This document shows positions 51,767 through 64,000 of a DNA stretch of 64,000 nucleotides, in pieces. The DNA comes from Mytilus trossulus (taxonomy: Eukaryota): assembly GCF_036588685.1 (NCBI RefSeq), contig NC_086373.1, positions 93,062,001-93,126,000 of the forward strand, written 5' to 3'. The notes below the pieces were generated by a model, which did no database searches, was not told the DNA's origin, and was given only the letters and a program-made list of their open reading frames with translations. How positions within the stretch are numbered: position 1 is the first letter of the stretch; every line of letters begins with the position of its first letter. Position numbers and translations under genes: made by a program.

Positions 51767-54700
51767 ATGGAGAAATGGACATGGAATTTCATAAATATGG
51801 ATCATCTTCATGTAGCAGTAAACTCTACTATCAGACATATTATGCAAAATGAAAGGAGTAAAAAATGGAGCAAGGTAAGATATATTAGTTATGTTTAAAT
51901 CTAAAAAATATTTTTTATATTCAAAATATAATTTAGAAAGAAGATGTGGTCCGATTGCCGATGAGACAACACTCCAATAATAAAATATGTAGACAGCTCT
52001 CTTACAAGCAAAATCCTAACGGTAAAGTTTTAAGGCTTAGGGAATACTCTATCGCCAGGCGCACTTGGACACATTCTACGCATCAATACATCACGAGTTA
52101 CAAACCCACAGGAAGGTGTGGTATAATTGCTATAGAGACAACTCTTCATATAAAACTAGATATGTGTTTGCACCTCTACTTCTCCCGTCCAGCTGTTTTG
52201 TTAAAACTTGTATATTTGTATTTTCGTGATAAACTTATTATGTAGTAACACATTGTAGCCTAAGCCATCAGATTGCATAGATGCTATGCTGGTCGCCATT
52301 ATTTGCAAGCCTATTGACATAATTATTGTAATTTATCAAGAGCTCTGATCGCAGAAGGTTTGTTTCCACACATATTCATCTAATTTATAGACCAAAAAGG
52401 TCGACCGACTTGTATGTTTAAGCAGAGACATATATACACATATGTATATATATGTCTCCGGTTTAAGTAACTGAAGGTTTGATTGTTTCATTAAAATGCA
52501 TATATTCCAGTGTTATAATGTGACCATGTGAAAGAAGTTCCAGAGAATGTGTTTAGAATACAAATATGTGTTTACTCAATATTTTTTTTAAATAAGGTTG
52601 ATAAGCACTTGCTTGAATATGTATTATTCTGTCGATTAATTGACTGTTGGTGTTTAACGCCACTTTAAGCTATATCATGATGGTCCTTTTATAAGTGAAG
52701 TTTTAGAGAGAACCGCTGACCAACGGCTACACAACTGACAAAAAAAGCCATTGAGAACGAAGTTGTAACTACTTTGCAAATAGTGAGGTTCGAATACACC
52801 ACTTCGGATTTGATTGGTAATGACAGGATCGCATTAGAATATAGCAGTTACTGTAGATGAACTTTTTTACCACTCACTAGGTCACTAACTCCCCTATACG
52901 CTGTTGATTACAACTTACATTTCATATATATAGGAAGATGTGGTATGAGTGCCAAGGAGACAACTCTATGTCAATTAACACTATTTTACTTTGTCAATTA
53001 TAACTTTAATAGTGTAATGAAAAACTATTTCATAATTCATACCTAAAATTCAGACAAATCACGAATGAATGAGCGTACAGATGCACTTCGGTGTGGTTTG
53101 TTAAATTTACGGAAAATTAAAGAATTAAAATCATATTTCTTATAATTAAGACCTGCAATGTAGAAAACACACAGATTATAAAGACAAGGGATTGGTTTAG
53201 ATTTATTTAGTATAAAAAGTTGAGAGTAAATAAAGAATAAAACACACTTCAATCCTAAGCTTACTGTGGCTGTAACTACAGAAGTGTTTATGAACGCTTT
53301 TAACTTTAGAATCATAATATCAGCTAATAGAAGCTAGGAGGCAATAAACTTGACACTTGAAATAAAATTAAATAAAATGACAAAGTATACTTGTTAGAAA
53401 ATGTAAAGCCGAATAAATACATGCTGATAACGGATTAAATAAAATCAAAATTTCACTTTTATCGTTAAAGTTTTATTACATTGGCGTGTTTACATATAAT
53501 AATACCTGGACACTTTTTATTCATTCAAACAGAGTAGCATTAACATATGAAATATACAAATTAAATTCTCCATGTCAGTGTTTGATTAAAGATTTTATAT
53601 TTCTATACATGTTTCGTTACGATGTATGAAAATATGCTTTCTCCTATTAAATTTATACACATTTATGAGTTCTTTATTGAAATCGATAATATCTCTATTC
53701 TAAATAAATGATACTTGAAAATAAATCTCAATAAAAATAACGAAAACAAGATAAAGTTTGGTGGCATAAGCTGAATAGGTGTTAAATGGACATTAACATT
53801 AGAGTGCTTTGTACACGAGCAACAAACTGGTCAAAGTGTTACATGCTGCTATTTTACTGCCGCAATATGATATCAAAGGAAAGCAAGCCCCTCCTCTCCC
53901 AGGAAACTCTGTTTTTTTCTCTCTCGCACTTCCAAATACTTAATACTTAACAGAGCAGCGGACACTATTCATTTTAAGTAGTTTTGTTAAACCTAGTCGT
54001 GACACAAAACCAACCACCTCTCGTACTTCTGTGAGAACCATAGGTTGTACATAGCGTTCTTTTACGGTGTAAAATGTCTTAATTTTTGTTTCCAATTAAA
54101 AAAAGAGATTACTGGTATTAATGAATATATACATTGATCTGAATTGGATTTATTCATTTAACATGAATTGAATGAAAAAAGGGGTAAAACAGTGTGATTT
54201 TATGCGTTTTATGATGAGGATGACGAATTTGGTCCCGTTAATAACCTTCGATTACATTTTTTAAATTCTAATCTTTTTTAGGGATATTGGGAAGATGTTT
54301 ATTATCAGTAGGAAGATAGAAACTTTATCATTTTTCTCTATGAACACTATGGATGAATGTAGTACATGTATATCCAATCGATTTTCGCTGGGTATTTCAT
54401 GATAGTTAAGGTCAAAATCAAACGACTTTAGAAACCGTCCTCTTTTGTTGTTGATCTTGTAGGCATTGTGTCTTGTCCGAATTAAGTATTTTTCTCGCTG
54501 AAAATATAAAACTCTAAAATCAAAACGATAGTTTTTAATCAAACGCACTTCTATAACTGCCAATTTTATTTGTTCTAGGTTATAGAAAATTATAAGATAC
54601 TGCTTTTTATGGTCAGCAAAAAGAACCTCCCAGAAGATTACGAACCACCGCCATCATACAATATGCTGGTGAGTACATTTCATTGATATGCACATTTATC

Positions 54701-57700
54701 ATAAGACTCTCTTTACCAGGGTTGTGGCTTATAAATTGCCTTTAAAAATATTTTGATATGAGCGTCTGTGTAGACGAAATGCGCGTCTGGCGTACTAAAT
54801 TATAATACTGGTACCTTTGATAACTATTATACACATTAGACTCTCTACATGTAAGTGTTATGGCTTATGCATGTTGACATTGCTTTATTTCTTAAATGCT
54901 GATATAGATACCCTGAAACAATGAAAATATAGATACATGAGAAATGGAAGACGACAGTAAAAACCACGAGCAGCTTATATCTTGAAGATAGATGAATTTT
55001 TTTGAAGATACAAATTAATGTTTATTGAAATTTTTTTAATTATTTTTCAAAAATAAAATGAACAATTCAAGACGAATATATGCAAGATATCCCTCCCCCT
55101 CCCCAATTTGAAGCAACATTAAAGTTGTTATTGCCGTATCGATGATGCACATCAGTTCATGGAGTATTCTGTATACTTGTTCTTTGTCTCTGCATGGTAA
55201 ATAATGGATTTATTCACAAACGTCTCCAAATTTCTTTGTTTTGATTTAACGGATGTTTTTTTTTTATTTCTTTTTTTCAGTTGTATGAAATTTACTATCA
55301 TTTAGGTGTTGCTTATCAACATTTGAAAAATCCTAGAAAGTCCGCTGAAAGTTTTACAAGTGCAATTTCAGCTGTATCAGCTCCAAAGGTGAGTTTGGGA
55401 TTTTATTTAAACATACATTTGATTGGACTGCGCGGTTTGATAACAATAAACCAAGATCAGTTGAATTCAGATTCCGTAATATGTTGTTTACATAATTCTA
55501 CCGTCTATATGGATCTATCCTCTGAGGAATGTGAAGTAGATTTCATTTAAAGAGCAACACATCAACGTTAAAATCTACAAAAAGTAGTCCTTAGTTCATC
55601 ATATTAGCTGTTCGCTTCCAAAATCATTTGCATATATACACAATTATTCTAATTATCTTCCCGACTCTGGACTAATTGACACGTTCCGTAAATAGAGATG
55701 ACACACATTAAATAGACACAGAAAAGTTAGGACGATATGTTTTAGCTAAAAACACAATTTATATTATCCCCCTAAAACTTTTTAGAAAATCTAATTGAAG
55801 GGAATAAAAAAAATTATATTCGTCTGGAACACAATTGTTTAAATTGATTACTATTGTAGCGTTGTCGTTTTTGTATGGATTCGTGTTTGTCGATGTGTTA
55901 TTTTGGTAGCGTAAATTACGTAAAATCCATATTCAAATGGCACAAAGAAAACAAACCACAACACAAAGTTTCAAATCAAATCACTATATAATCAGTTAAA
56001 TGTATATCAGTTTGACATAATACAACAGTTGAACAATAATCCTAATTCACTAACACAATATTACTCTCAACACTTCTAGCTAACAGTATCAATTCTATCT
56101 TTTTCTATTCCTCACTGATCTCTCTCGCATCCCCTTATATACATATTTACAGGCGGTACCCCGACGGTTCCAAAGATGGGGTACCGGGCGGTTCTAAGGA
56201 TACCGGGCGGTACCTCAACGGTTCTCAAGATTGGCTACCGTGCAGTACCCTGACAGTTTTAAAGATGGTGTTACCGGACGGTACACCGACGGTTCCAAAG
56301 ATGGGGTACCGGGCGGTTCTTAAGATACCGGGCGGTGAATTTAAATGATATAGAAACCGTTCAAATAAATAAAAATACTGGGCATTGCCCTATAGAAATG
56401 TAATGTAACCCCAATGTATTAATAAAAAGATATGTTACATAATAATAAATTATACAGTCAAACTAAAATCGCTACACTATCATATAAAGTACGTACTATA
56501 ATCGTGACTGAAATCTATCGGTTTTCTTTAAACTACACCATAGCGACAATTTAACTTGAATTAACTAATTGTAGTTTGATTGGAATTATTATTGTTGCTC
56601 GATATAAATCAAGTGATGGTATTGATTTTTTTAAGAACTGCTTTTATTGATATGGTTGAAGTTATTATTTTTATTAAATTTCAGAACGGATGTTTGGCCG
56701 GATGTGTAACTAACTCTTGTTTGATGACACCATTGTATGCCAGGAGAGCGTTCTCTTTCTCCCAAATAGGTAAATGAATATTCAAGAGAAATGTAAAAAC
56801 ACGCTGTATGTATGTGCCTGTCCCAAGTCAGGAGCCTGTAAATTAGTGGTTATAGTTTGTTTATGTGTTACATATTTGTTTTTCGTTCATTTTTTGTTAC
56901 ATATATATATATATAAATAAGGTCGTTAATTTTCTCGTTTGAACTGTTTTACCTTGTCATTTCAAGGCTTTTTATAGCTGACTATGCTTTATGGGCTTTG
57001 CTCATAGTTAAAGGCCGTATGGTGACTTATAGTTAATTTCTGTGTCATTTTGGTGTATTGTGGAGAGTTGTCTCATTGGCAATCCTACCATATCTTCTTT
57101 TTATATGTATTTATTAGCGATCAATAATAAGTTATGTGAGAGGAGGTCTTTTCATTAAAAAAGTAGAAAATGTTTTACTGCTCTTAATCATGTTTATAGT
57201 AATATAATAATACACAGTGGTCTTGGAGTACAGATTCTGGGTACCGACAACTTTGTTTATCGTCCTAATAACGTGTGTTATATTATTCTTTTATTTGTCT
57301 TTATGTATATTACTTTTACTGTTTAGTCTTGTTTTTTTTTGTGATATCCATTAGACTTGACTCCGTACTTATTTATCTCTCAGTGTGTTCTTTGTTTTAA
57401 TAATTTTTGTATTCTTATCTTTCATTTTTTTCTTATGTTTTTTGTCTATATGCCTTATAGTGTTTCTTTGATACATATGACGTGGCTCTGTACTTATACA
57501 TCCCGTCATCATGTTATTGTGCTAATTATTGTAAACTTTTGTATGCTTGTGTTTCATTTTTGTTAATGTGCTTTGTTTGTCTATAATTATATATGCCTTT
57601 TTGTGCTTCTTTGTTAGATATTTGTTTGCTTTTGTAGTTATTAAGATTATAACACAATGTTGGCCGCTGTACCCCTATTTCTGACATTTTTACCTATAAT

Positions 57701-60700
57701 ATCTGTTTGTTTTGTTCACACATTGTTGTCAATATAACGGAATTCGATACGAATGTCATACAAATGAGAGGTTTAGCTAGTTATAAAACCAGGTTTTATT
57801 TACAGTTGTCTTCATAAGAAAATGTCTGTACCAAGTCAGGAATATATAAAAAAGAAGATGTGGTACGATTGACAATGAGACAACTATCCACAAAAGACCA
57901 AAACGACACAAACATTAACAATTATAGGTCACCGTACGACCTTCAACAATGAGCAAAGCCCATACCGCATATAGTAAGCTATAAAAGGCCCCGATAAGAC
58001 AATGTAAAACAATTCAAACGAGAAAACTAACGGCCTTATTTATGTAAAAAAATGGACGAAAAACAAATATGTAACCCATAAACAAACAACAAATATGACA
58101 GTTATTATCCATTCGTTTGATGTGATTGAACTTTTGATTTTGCCATTTAATTAGAGACTTTCCGTTTTGAATTTTCCGTGGAGTTCAGTATTTTTGTGAT
58201 TTAATTTTTGTTACTTGCAACCATTTCAAGTACCATCGTTGTATGATTTAAAATTTGTCGACCATCGTTTGTTTATATATTTCGTAAAATAACTAAGTTA
58301 TCACTGAAACCACTGAAAGAAGAAGATAAGTGAAGGAGTGTTTAATATTCATAAAACAGCTTTGATTTGTCTCACGTTTTTCAGTCTTATGTCTATAATC
58401 TTGTCTTCAGCCAGTTTTTATTATTTCAAAGTTTGACAATTATAAACGGTGCTATTTTTAACTGACTATACAGTATGGGTTTTGCTGATTGCCGAAGCTA
58501 AATCGCCTGTTTACTAGTACCAGTACCTATAGATGCTTATATGTACGTCAATGAACAGTAAATGACAAAGTTCAAATAGGAAATAAGTATAGTTGCAACG
58601 CATTATTCATGCATTTACACAGAGTAAATTTACATGTCGGCAAGTCTTAAATTTTGATTATTTTTATCTTTAAAGGTGAGCATGAAAAGGCTTTAAAAGA
58701 CGCAGAAAGATGTGTTGTACTTGACAGCAGAAACCCCGTATGTAGAAATTCGTTTATATAACACGAATCTAGTTACATATTTATAAGACACTGTCAAACA
58801 TCCAAACATACTATCCACACTCATCTGTGTCCACACTTGTTACATATTTAAAATATTTCTTAATAAAACAAGTGTGGACACATATCAGTGTGGATAGTAT
58901 GTTGGAATGTTTGACAGTGTTTCTGACCAAAAAAACTTTTCTATGTTTTTTTTTCCATAGTGATTTATGTTAAACTGTGTTCCACAGTAACAACCATCCT
59001 GAATATCAGAACAGTGCCAAACACTTGATGTGTCGGTAATTCAATATTTGGTTTTTATTTTCAAGATTATTATGAAAGAGACACATTTTGTATAGATGTT
59101 ATATGGAATCAAATGATTCTGTTAAAATGTCCCACTACTTTTCTTTTTGGAAAAAAAGCAAACACCTTATATTTAGTAATTAAATTAACACGTCTTCTTT
59201 TTTTTATGCATGTCGAGGTTTCTGACTTGGAACATAAGGACAATCACTTAAGTATGCAACCATAAATAAGCCACGTTTTGCTTTCCAATTCCTAAACTTT
59301 TATATCATCTTCTTATAGGACCTGTATTGCATCCGAGCTTTGGTCAAAAGTACAATGGACAAGGATAGTTCGGTAAGTTATGAGACAACAGGTTAAACGA
59401 AATGAGCTCTTAATTTTTTCGAATATTGCAGTACTGTTAAAACTCGATTGTTGTCAATTTTCTTACTATTAAAGCCCAAATTTATCTTATCTGAAAGAGA
59501 AACAATGAATTTACCAATAAATTGAGAAATGACATGTTTTTATGAGACGTTAGAGAGGGTAAATTCATTTGAACCCAGTTTCAAATTTTTTCATGCATAG
59601 ACCAACTTTAAACGAAACTCATCAATATGCACGAAATGAGAAAAAAAAACCGCAAACATCCGATAGGGCATATACTGTATTCGACAACTGGCTAGTGTCT
59701 ATTACCATATGTCAAACTTTCAAATTGAATAGATTCGGCTGCAATGATTAAATGTATAAACAACAATGATCCTCTATTCCGATAATGTTTTCAAATATAG
59801 TGTATGTGCTACTGCAATTAAAGTTTAACATGGTTACTGATGCTAATATTTTCACATATGGTGTATGTGCTCTGTCGTTAATATTTTCTGAGAGTAGACG
59901 TGCGGTAGTTTACAATGGCTAGGTTATGTCGGGCACATATTGCATGCACCGTGACAGGAATTACATGTGCTATGTCGGCATTATTTCCATATATGTATTG
60001 TATATAGTTTCAGTAATTTGACATTATATATATGCTAGGAATTTTCGAATTTTCCGATATGTATGTGCAATGTCGGCTTTAATTTGTTGTAGACATATAA
60101 AGGAAATGGAAGAAGAAGGGATCTTAATTTCATGACAGATGTTGACATTGCATTGAAACTCAATTCAAAACATAAGTGTGCTTTGGTTCTACGCTCTGCT
60201 ATGGTAAGCATTGTTGAAGATTCTAATCATGTATATTAATAACGTAATTAATGATTTAACGATTTTTTTTGTGTGAATTACATTTTAATGTATTTTTTTT
60301 AAAAGTTTTAATCAACATAAGTAGTTTCTGTATTGTTCGAAAACAACACAGAAAGGTTGTTATTTGTAGGAAACATATACAATGTGTTTTCACTTAAGTG
60401 CTTTATATATTTATGTTTGAATGATCATCTGATATATTTATTAACATATAATTGATGGCCGTAATATGATTTAAAGAAATGAAGTTTAGTTTTTGAAGTT
60501 AAATACGAGCTGTTCTCTTTATATTTGTGCCAGAAAATCAAGCTTTCCATTTAATCAAACCCTATAAGGAGATGGGATATGAGTAATAATGCCAAATATC
60601 CACCAGAGTCCGAACGACACGGAATTAAATAAATATAGCTGATCGAACAGTATTCAACAATGAGTAGACCTCATAATAAGCTATAAAAGAACACGGGATG

Positions 60701-63607
60701 ATAAGCTCTGAAATAAGTAAAGAAAAACAAAACTACGGCTTGATTTATGACAAAAAAATTAACAAAACCCCCAAATATTACAAACAGCAAACAACGAGCA
60801 TCATTAGATTACAAGCACTCGACTTAGGACAAACACATATGGCGAGGTTAAACACGAGAGCTCAATTCCCCCTAACCTGTTACAGTGATGTTACATCACA
60901 ACGTAAGAACACAAGTTGTAATTAATCAGCGGAAAATGGGTAGTCTCATGATGTTGGTACGAAGAACAAAACCAACTACCTTAAGGACAAAACCCTATCT
61001 AAGAGTACTCGCAGTTACTTAAAGCATGTTCAAAACCATTAAAAGCTAATTAATTGAACAGACTATTAACCAGCTATCGTTACGGCAGGTGTAAGTGGTT
61101 TAACAGATCAAAATATGATGTTCAAGTTGTCAAATCAATTGTATTTTAATGGCATTCAGAAACCCAGACATAAATTCGCTGTACACCTTAGTACCAAAAG
61201 TCCACAATAGGTAATGTGAAAACGTCGATGAATTCCATGATGTACATTCCAAGGTTGACGTTTTAGAATGTTTCGTATTTAGCTAATTGTTGTAGTTTTG
61301 TAAGAGCCATTTCACACATTTTTGTCGAACATTTTAGACAAAGTATGGATTTGGTCAGGTGAGTGCTGACGTCCAGTATTTTATAAATGTGTTGCATAGA
61401 TCTGTATTGTTATCTGACTTTGAAAAGCGCTTTATCTAGTGTATTTTTATTTTATCTGCTTTCATCAAGCCGTATTGTTTAATATACGACTATTTTGCTT
61501 GCCTTGTAAACATTTGCTGTAGTTTTGTGTTTATGTGTTGTTAGTTGGAAGAACAGTCCATTGCTGCTCGAGGTGTATGTATATAGTGTTGTTTACATTA
61601 TACAGATTTTTAACATTTCCATATGTAATCTTTTATAATTTACTTAACCCTTAAATATACTAACTTAACTTCCTATATAACAAAAAGAAATTGTTTCTTA
61701 TTAATCGGTTTCTGAATGAAAAAACGGGAAATTCGACGTACACTGATTCTAACAAAATCGTAAATTTTAGATAAAATTATATACAATTTTTGAAATCCTT
61801 ATTCATTTACAACTAATATAAGATAATAATTTTTGCTTATAAAATTTTTGCAGAGAAGTTTTTATCTGTTTGTTTTCATGCCTAGATTTTTTGAACGATA
61901 ATTTAACATGTTGGTGTAAAACAACAGAGATGACATATTAAGCGATGAGTTGTAATCCGATTTTTTTTTTTTTTTTTTTTTTTTTTCTCATCTAACTCAC
62001 TTGAAATTGTCAAGATGATAATTTTCATTATATTAAAACTTAGCCACAACTAAATATTTCCAATTTTTCTGTTTAATTGTTCGAAAATTAACGTTTTCCA
62101 ATTCCATCGATTTCAGATGTTTTCCCCTTACGTTTCCCAGCTCCAAAATTGCACACTCACAGCATTTAACTTGGTTGCTATTTTATTGACTTATTTACCC
62201 TTTTAAATTTTATTTGATGCACATAAAAAAAATTATATATTCAGAATATTTTAAGGCAAAAAAATTCATAGTTATTGATCGCATAAGGGTAACTACAATA
62301 CCGAGTATATCGTTTGACTGGACGTTTTGTCTTTCTTTTGGAAATGATGATATGTGGAATGATTTCCATATAAACATCATTTTTACTATCTATCAGAGAC
62401 AAAAATCATTGGACGTTATCAAATATTGATCACCGTTAGGCCTTTGACGATGAGAAAAACAATATATATATAATTTCATAACATGTATGTCTCATGATCA
62501 ATCCTTCTGATGTGATGACAACAATCGCGAGACATCCCATAGTTATATTTTATTTTATTTTCGATACTCTCTATCATTCATGATTGCACATCATTTTTAT
62601 CTCAAAGTCACAATAATGCATAACAATTACCAATATAATTCTTGAATAGTAAGCTAGTAAGCCATACAAATTACCAACTTGACATAATGTGACAAAAGCA
62701 AAAAAAAACATCAGAGGGATACAATCAGTTTTATACCCCTACAATGCATTTGTTTAATTTGAGATTTTGCTTTTAAATAGGAATGATTTTCGGGCTTTTA
62801 GTAGTAAATCATGAATATGCTTATTTATGTGTATAGTTTTTTTAATCAAGATTTATTCCAGTATGTCAGAGAAAAAAAGTTTTTAAATGAGAGAGGGAGA
62901 ATTGTATCTGTGTATCTGTGTATATCAAAAGTATGTCACAGAGAAAGGCAGATTTTTAAATGGTTTATTTTTTCCAAAACAGACAATACCAGTTTACCAG
63001 ATGGAGACGGATCTATGTAGAAATATTACAACTTTTACTCACCCATCAATACTGGAATTTTATGACAAGTAAGTTATTTTTGCTAAATTGAATAAACGAA
63101 GGCAAACTAAATTGTTGTTCAGTTGTTAATATTTACTTCAGATAACCAGTGATTGTAGATCTGTAATCAATGCTTTAAAGTTAAGTAATGTATTTGGAAT
63201 TCTTACACTGATTTCGAGTTAAGGAATGGCTTCTAATTTTATTCTATATTCCATTTTAATGAGTAATAATGAAAATAAATATGTTCATAATGTCACGGTC
63301 AAATAACAGATTGTGTCTATGAGCTATCAGACACCAACCTGTTTAGAAACATTAATGATAACATTGAACGAATCGTTAAAACAAAATAACTTAGATATTT
63401 TTGGGATAATGAATTACTCAAATTCATAAAGTTTTGTTATGATATGTTGGCCACACGGGGAATACAAAACGAACACATACATATATATCTCAATACCATG
63501 TAGTGATTTTTCTTTTTCTATTTTCAGATACTTGTACCCACTTAGTGTTCCTCATACAATCATCTCGATAAACCTTACACCAGATAAACCAAGCAAGAAA
63601 AAGCTAG
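51767..63607 (+). CDS. Uncharacterised tetratricopeptide-repeat (TPR) protein, 5' part; continues beyond the window
   Basis: Phase-consistent GT/AG exons: 51767-51874 (MEKWTWNF...SKKWSK), 54579-54668, 55281-55388 (YYHLGVAYQHL..PRKSAESFTSAI), 56685-56769, 58676-58737 (GEHEKALKDAERCVVLDSRNP), 59319-59372, 60093-60203. Tentative exons 61062-61090 and 61160-61210. Then an exon ending at 63068 (start 62983 or 63021) and 63528-63607. Confidence 0.78.
56151..56337. repeat. GC-rich hairpin-forming minisatellite in a TPR gene intron
   Basis: About 35-37 bp units like GCGGTACCCCGACGGTTCCAAAGATGGGGTACCGG, with a higher-order repeat of the first two subunits. Confidence 0.8.
58788..58920. mobile_element. 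133-bp fold-back MITE-like palindrome
   Basis: Arms 58788-58841 and 58867-58920 are near-perfect reverse complements (ACACTGTCAAACAT...ATGTTTGACAGTGT). No clear TSD. Confidence 0.75.
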
Positions 63608-64000
63608 GTATGGCAATGAAAAAGAATTCACTAGAACACCCAATCGCTTCACGGTATACATGAAAGTATAACAGAAACGAACATAATTGAATTTTGATTA
63701 TCTGGATATTCCAATGAGAAATTATAACCCAAAGAGAAATCTTTGCATCTTTGACCATGGACTGCTTTGTTGTGCATGCGTCTAAAAAGCTAAATCACAA
63801 AAATACCGAACTCAGAGGAAAATTCAAAAAGGAAAGTCTGAAGCTCAAACATATAAGTGCATAGCAATGTCCTGTTGAATTTGTAACATTAAAGAATATG
63901 AAACGCTATCTGCACTTTACAGAAGATTTTCAACAACTAGTTTAGGGTTCTGTAGTTTGCCTGTTGTAGGGATTTATTTTTTCCGCATTCTAAATTACCC

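Noticed and set aside
59780-60080. Degenerate repeats of GTATGTGCT..TGTCG
   Set aside because: Irregular, low-identity intronic repeat with no interpretable structure.

Overview
AT-rich, repeat-dense bivalve DNA, almost certainly a Mytilus mussel. The left 27 kb is a tandem cluster of mytilin antimicrobial-peptide genes, all on the minus strand with the same 4-exon plan (non-coding exon 1, signal exon, mature-peptide exon, acidic pro-region exon). In order: mytilin B-type, a strongly divergent mytilin whose 4th cysteine has moved from position 15 to 17, mytilin A/D-type, a mytilin C-like pseudogene, and mytilin C-type. The divergent gene carries a sense-oriented tandem array of three type I hammerhead-ribozyme units (retrozyme, about 365 nt each) in its last intron, ending about 15 nt from the 3' splice site, and a nested fold-back transposon just upstream of its promoter. 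The four intact genes share a promoter motif at identical spacing from the TATA box, and a conserved distal non-coding block recurs three times. The right part holds a decayed Academ-like DNA transposon, a two-exon secreted coiled-coil C1q-domain gene, Penelope-like RT fragments, several MITEs, and the 5' part of a multi-exon TPR-protein gene that runs off the window. All gene models were assembled by hand from splice signals and reading phase; no database search was run, and comparisons with named peptides rest on recalled sequences.
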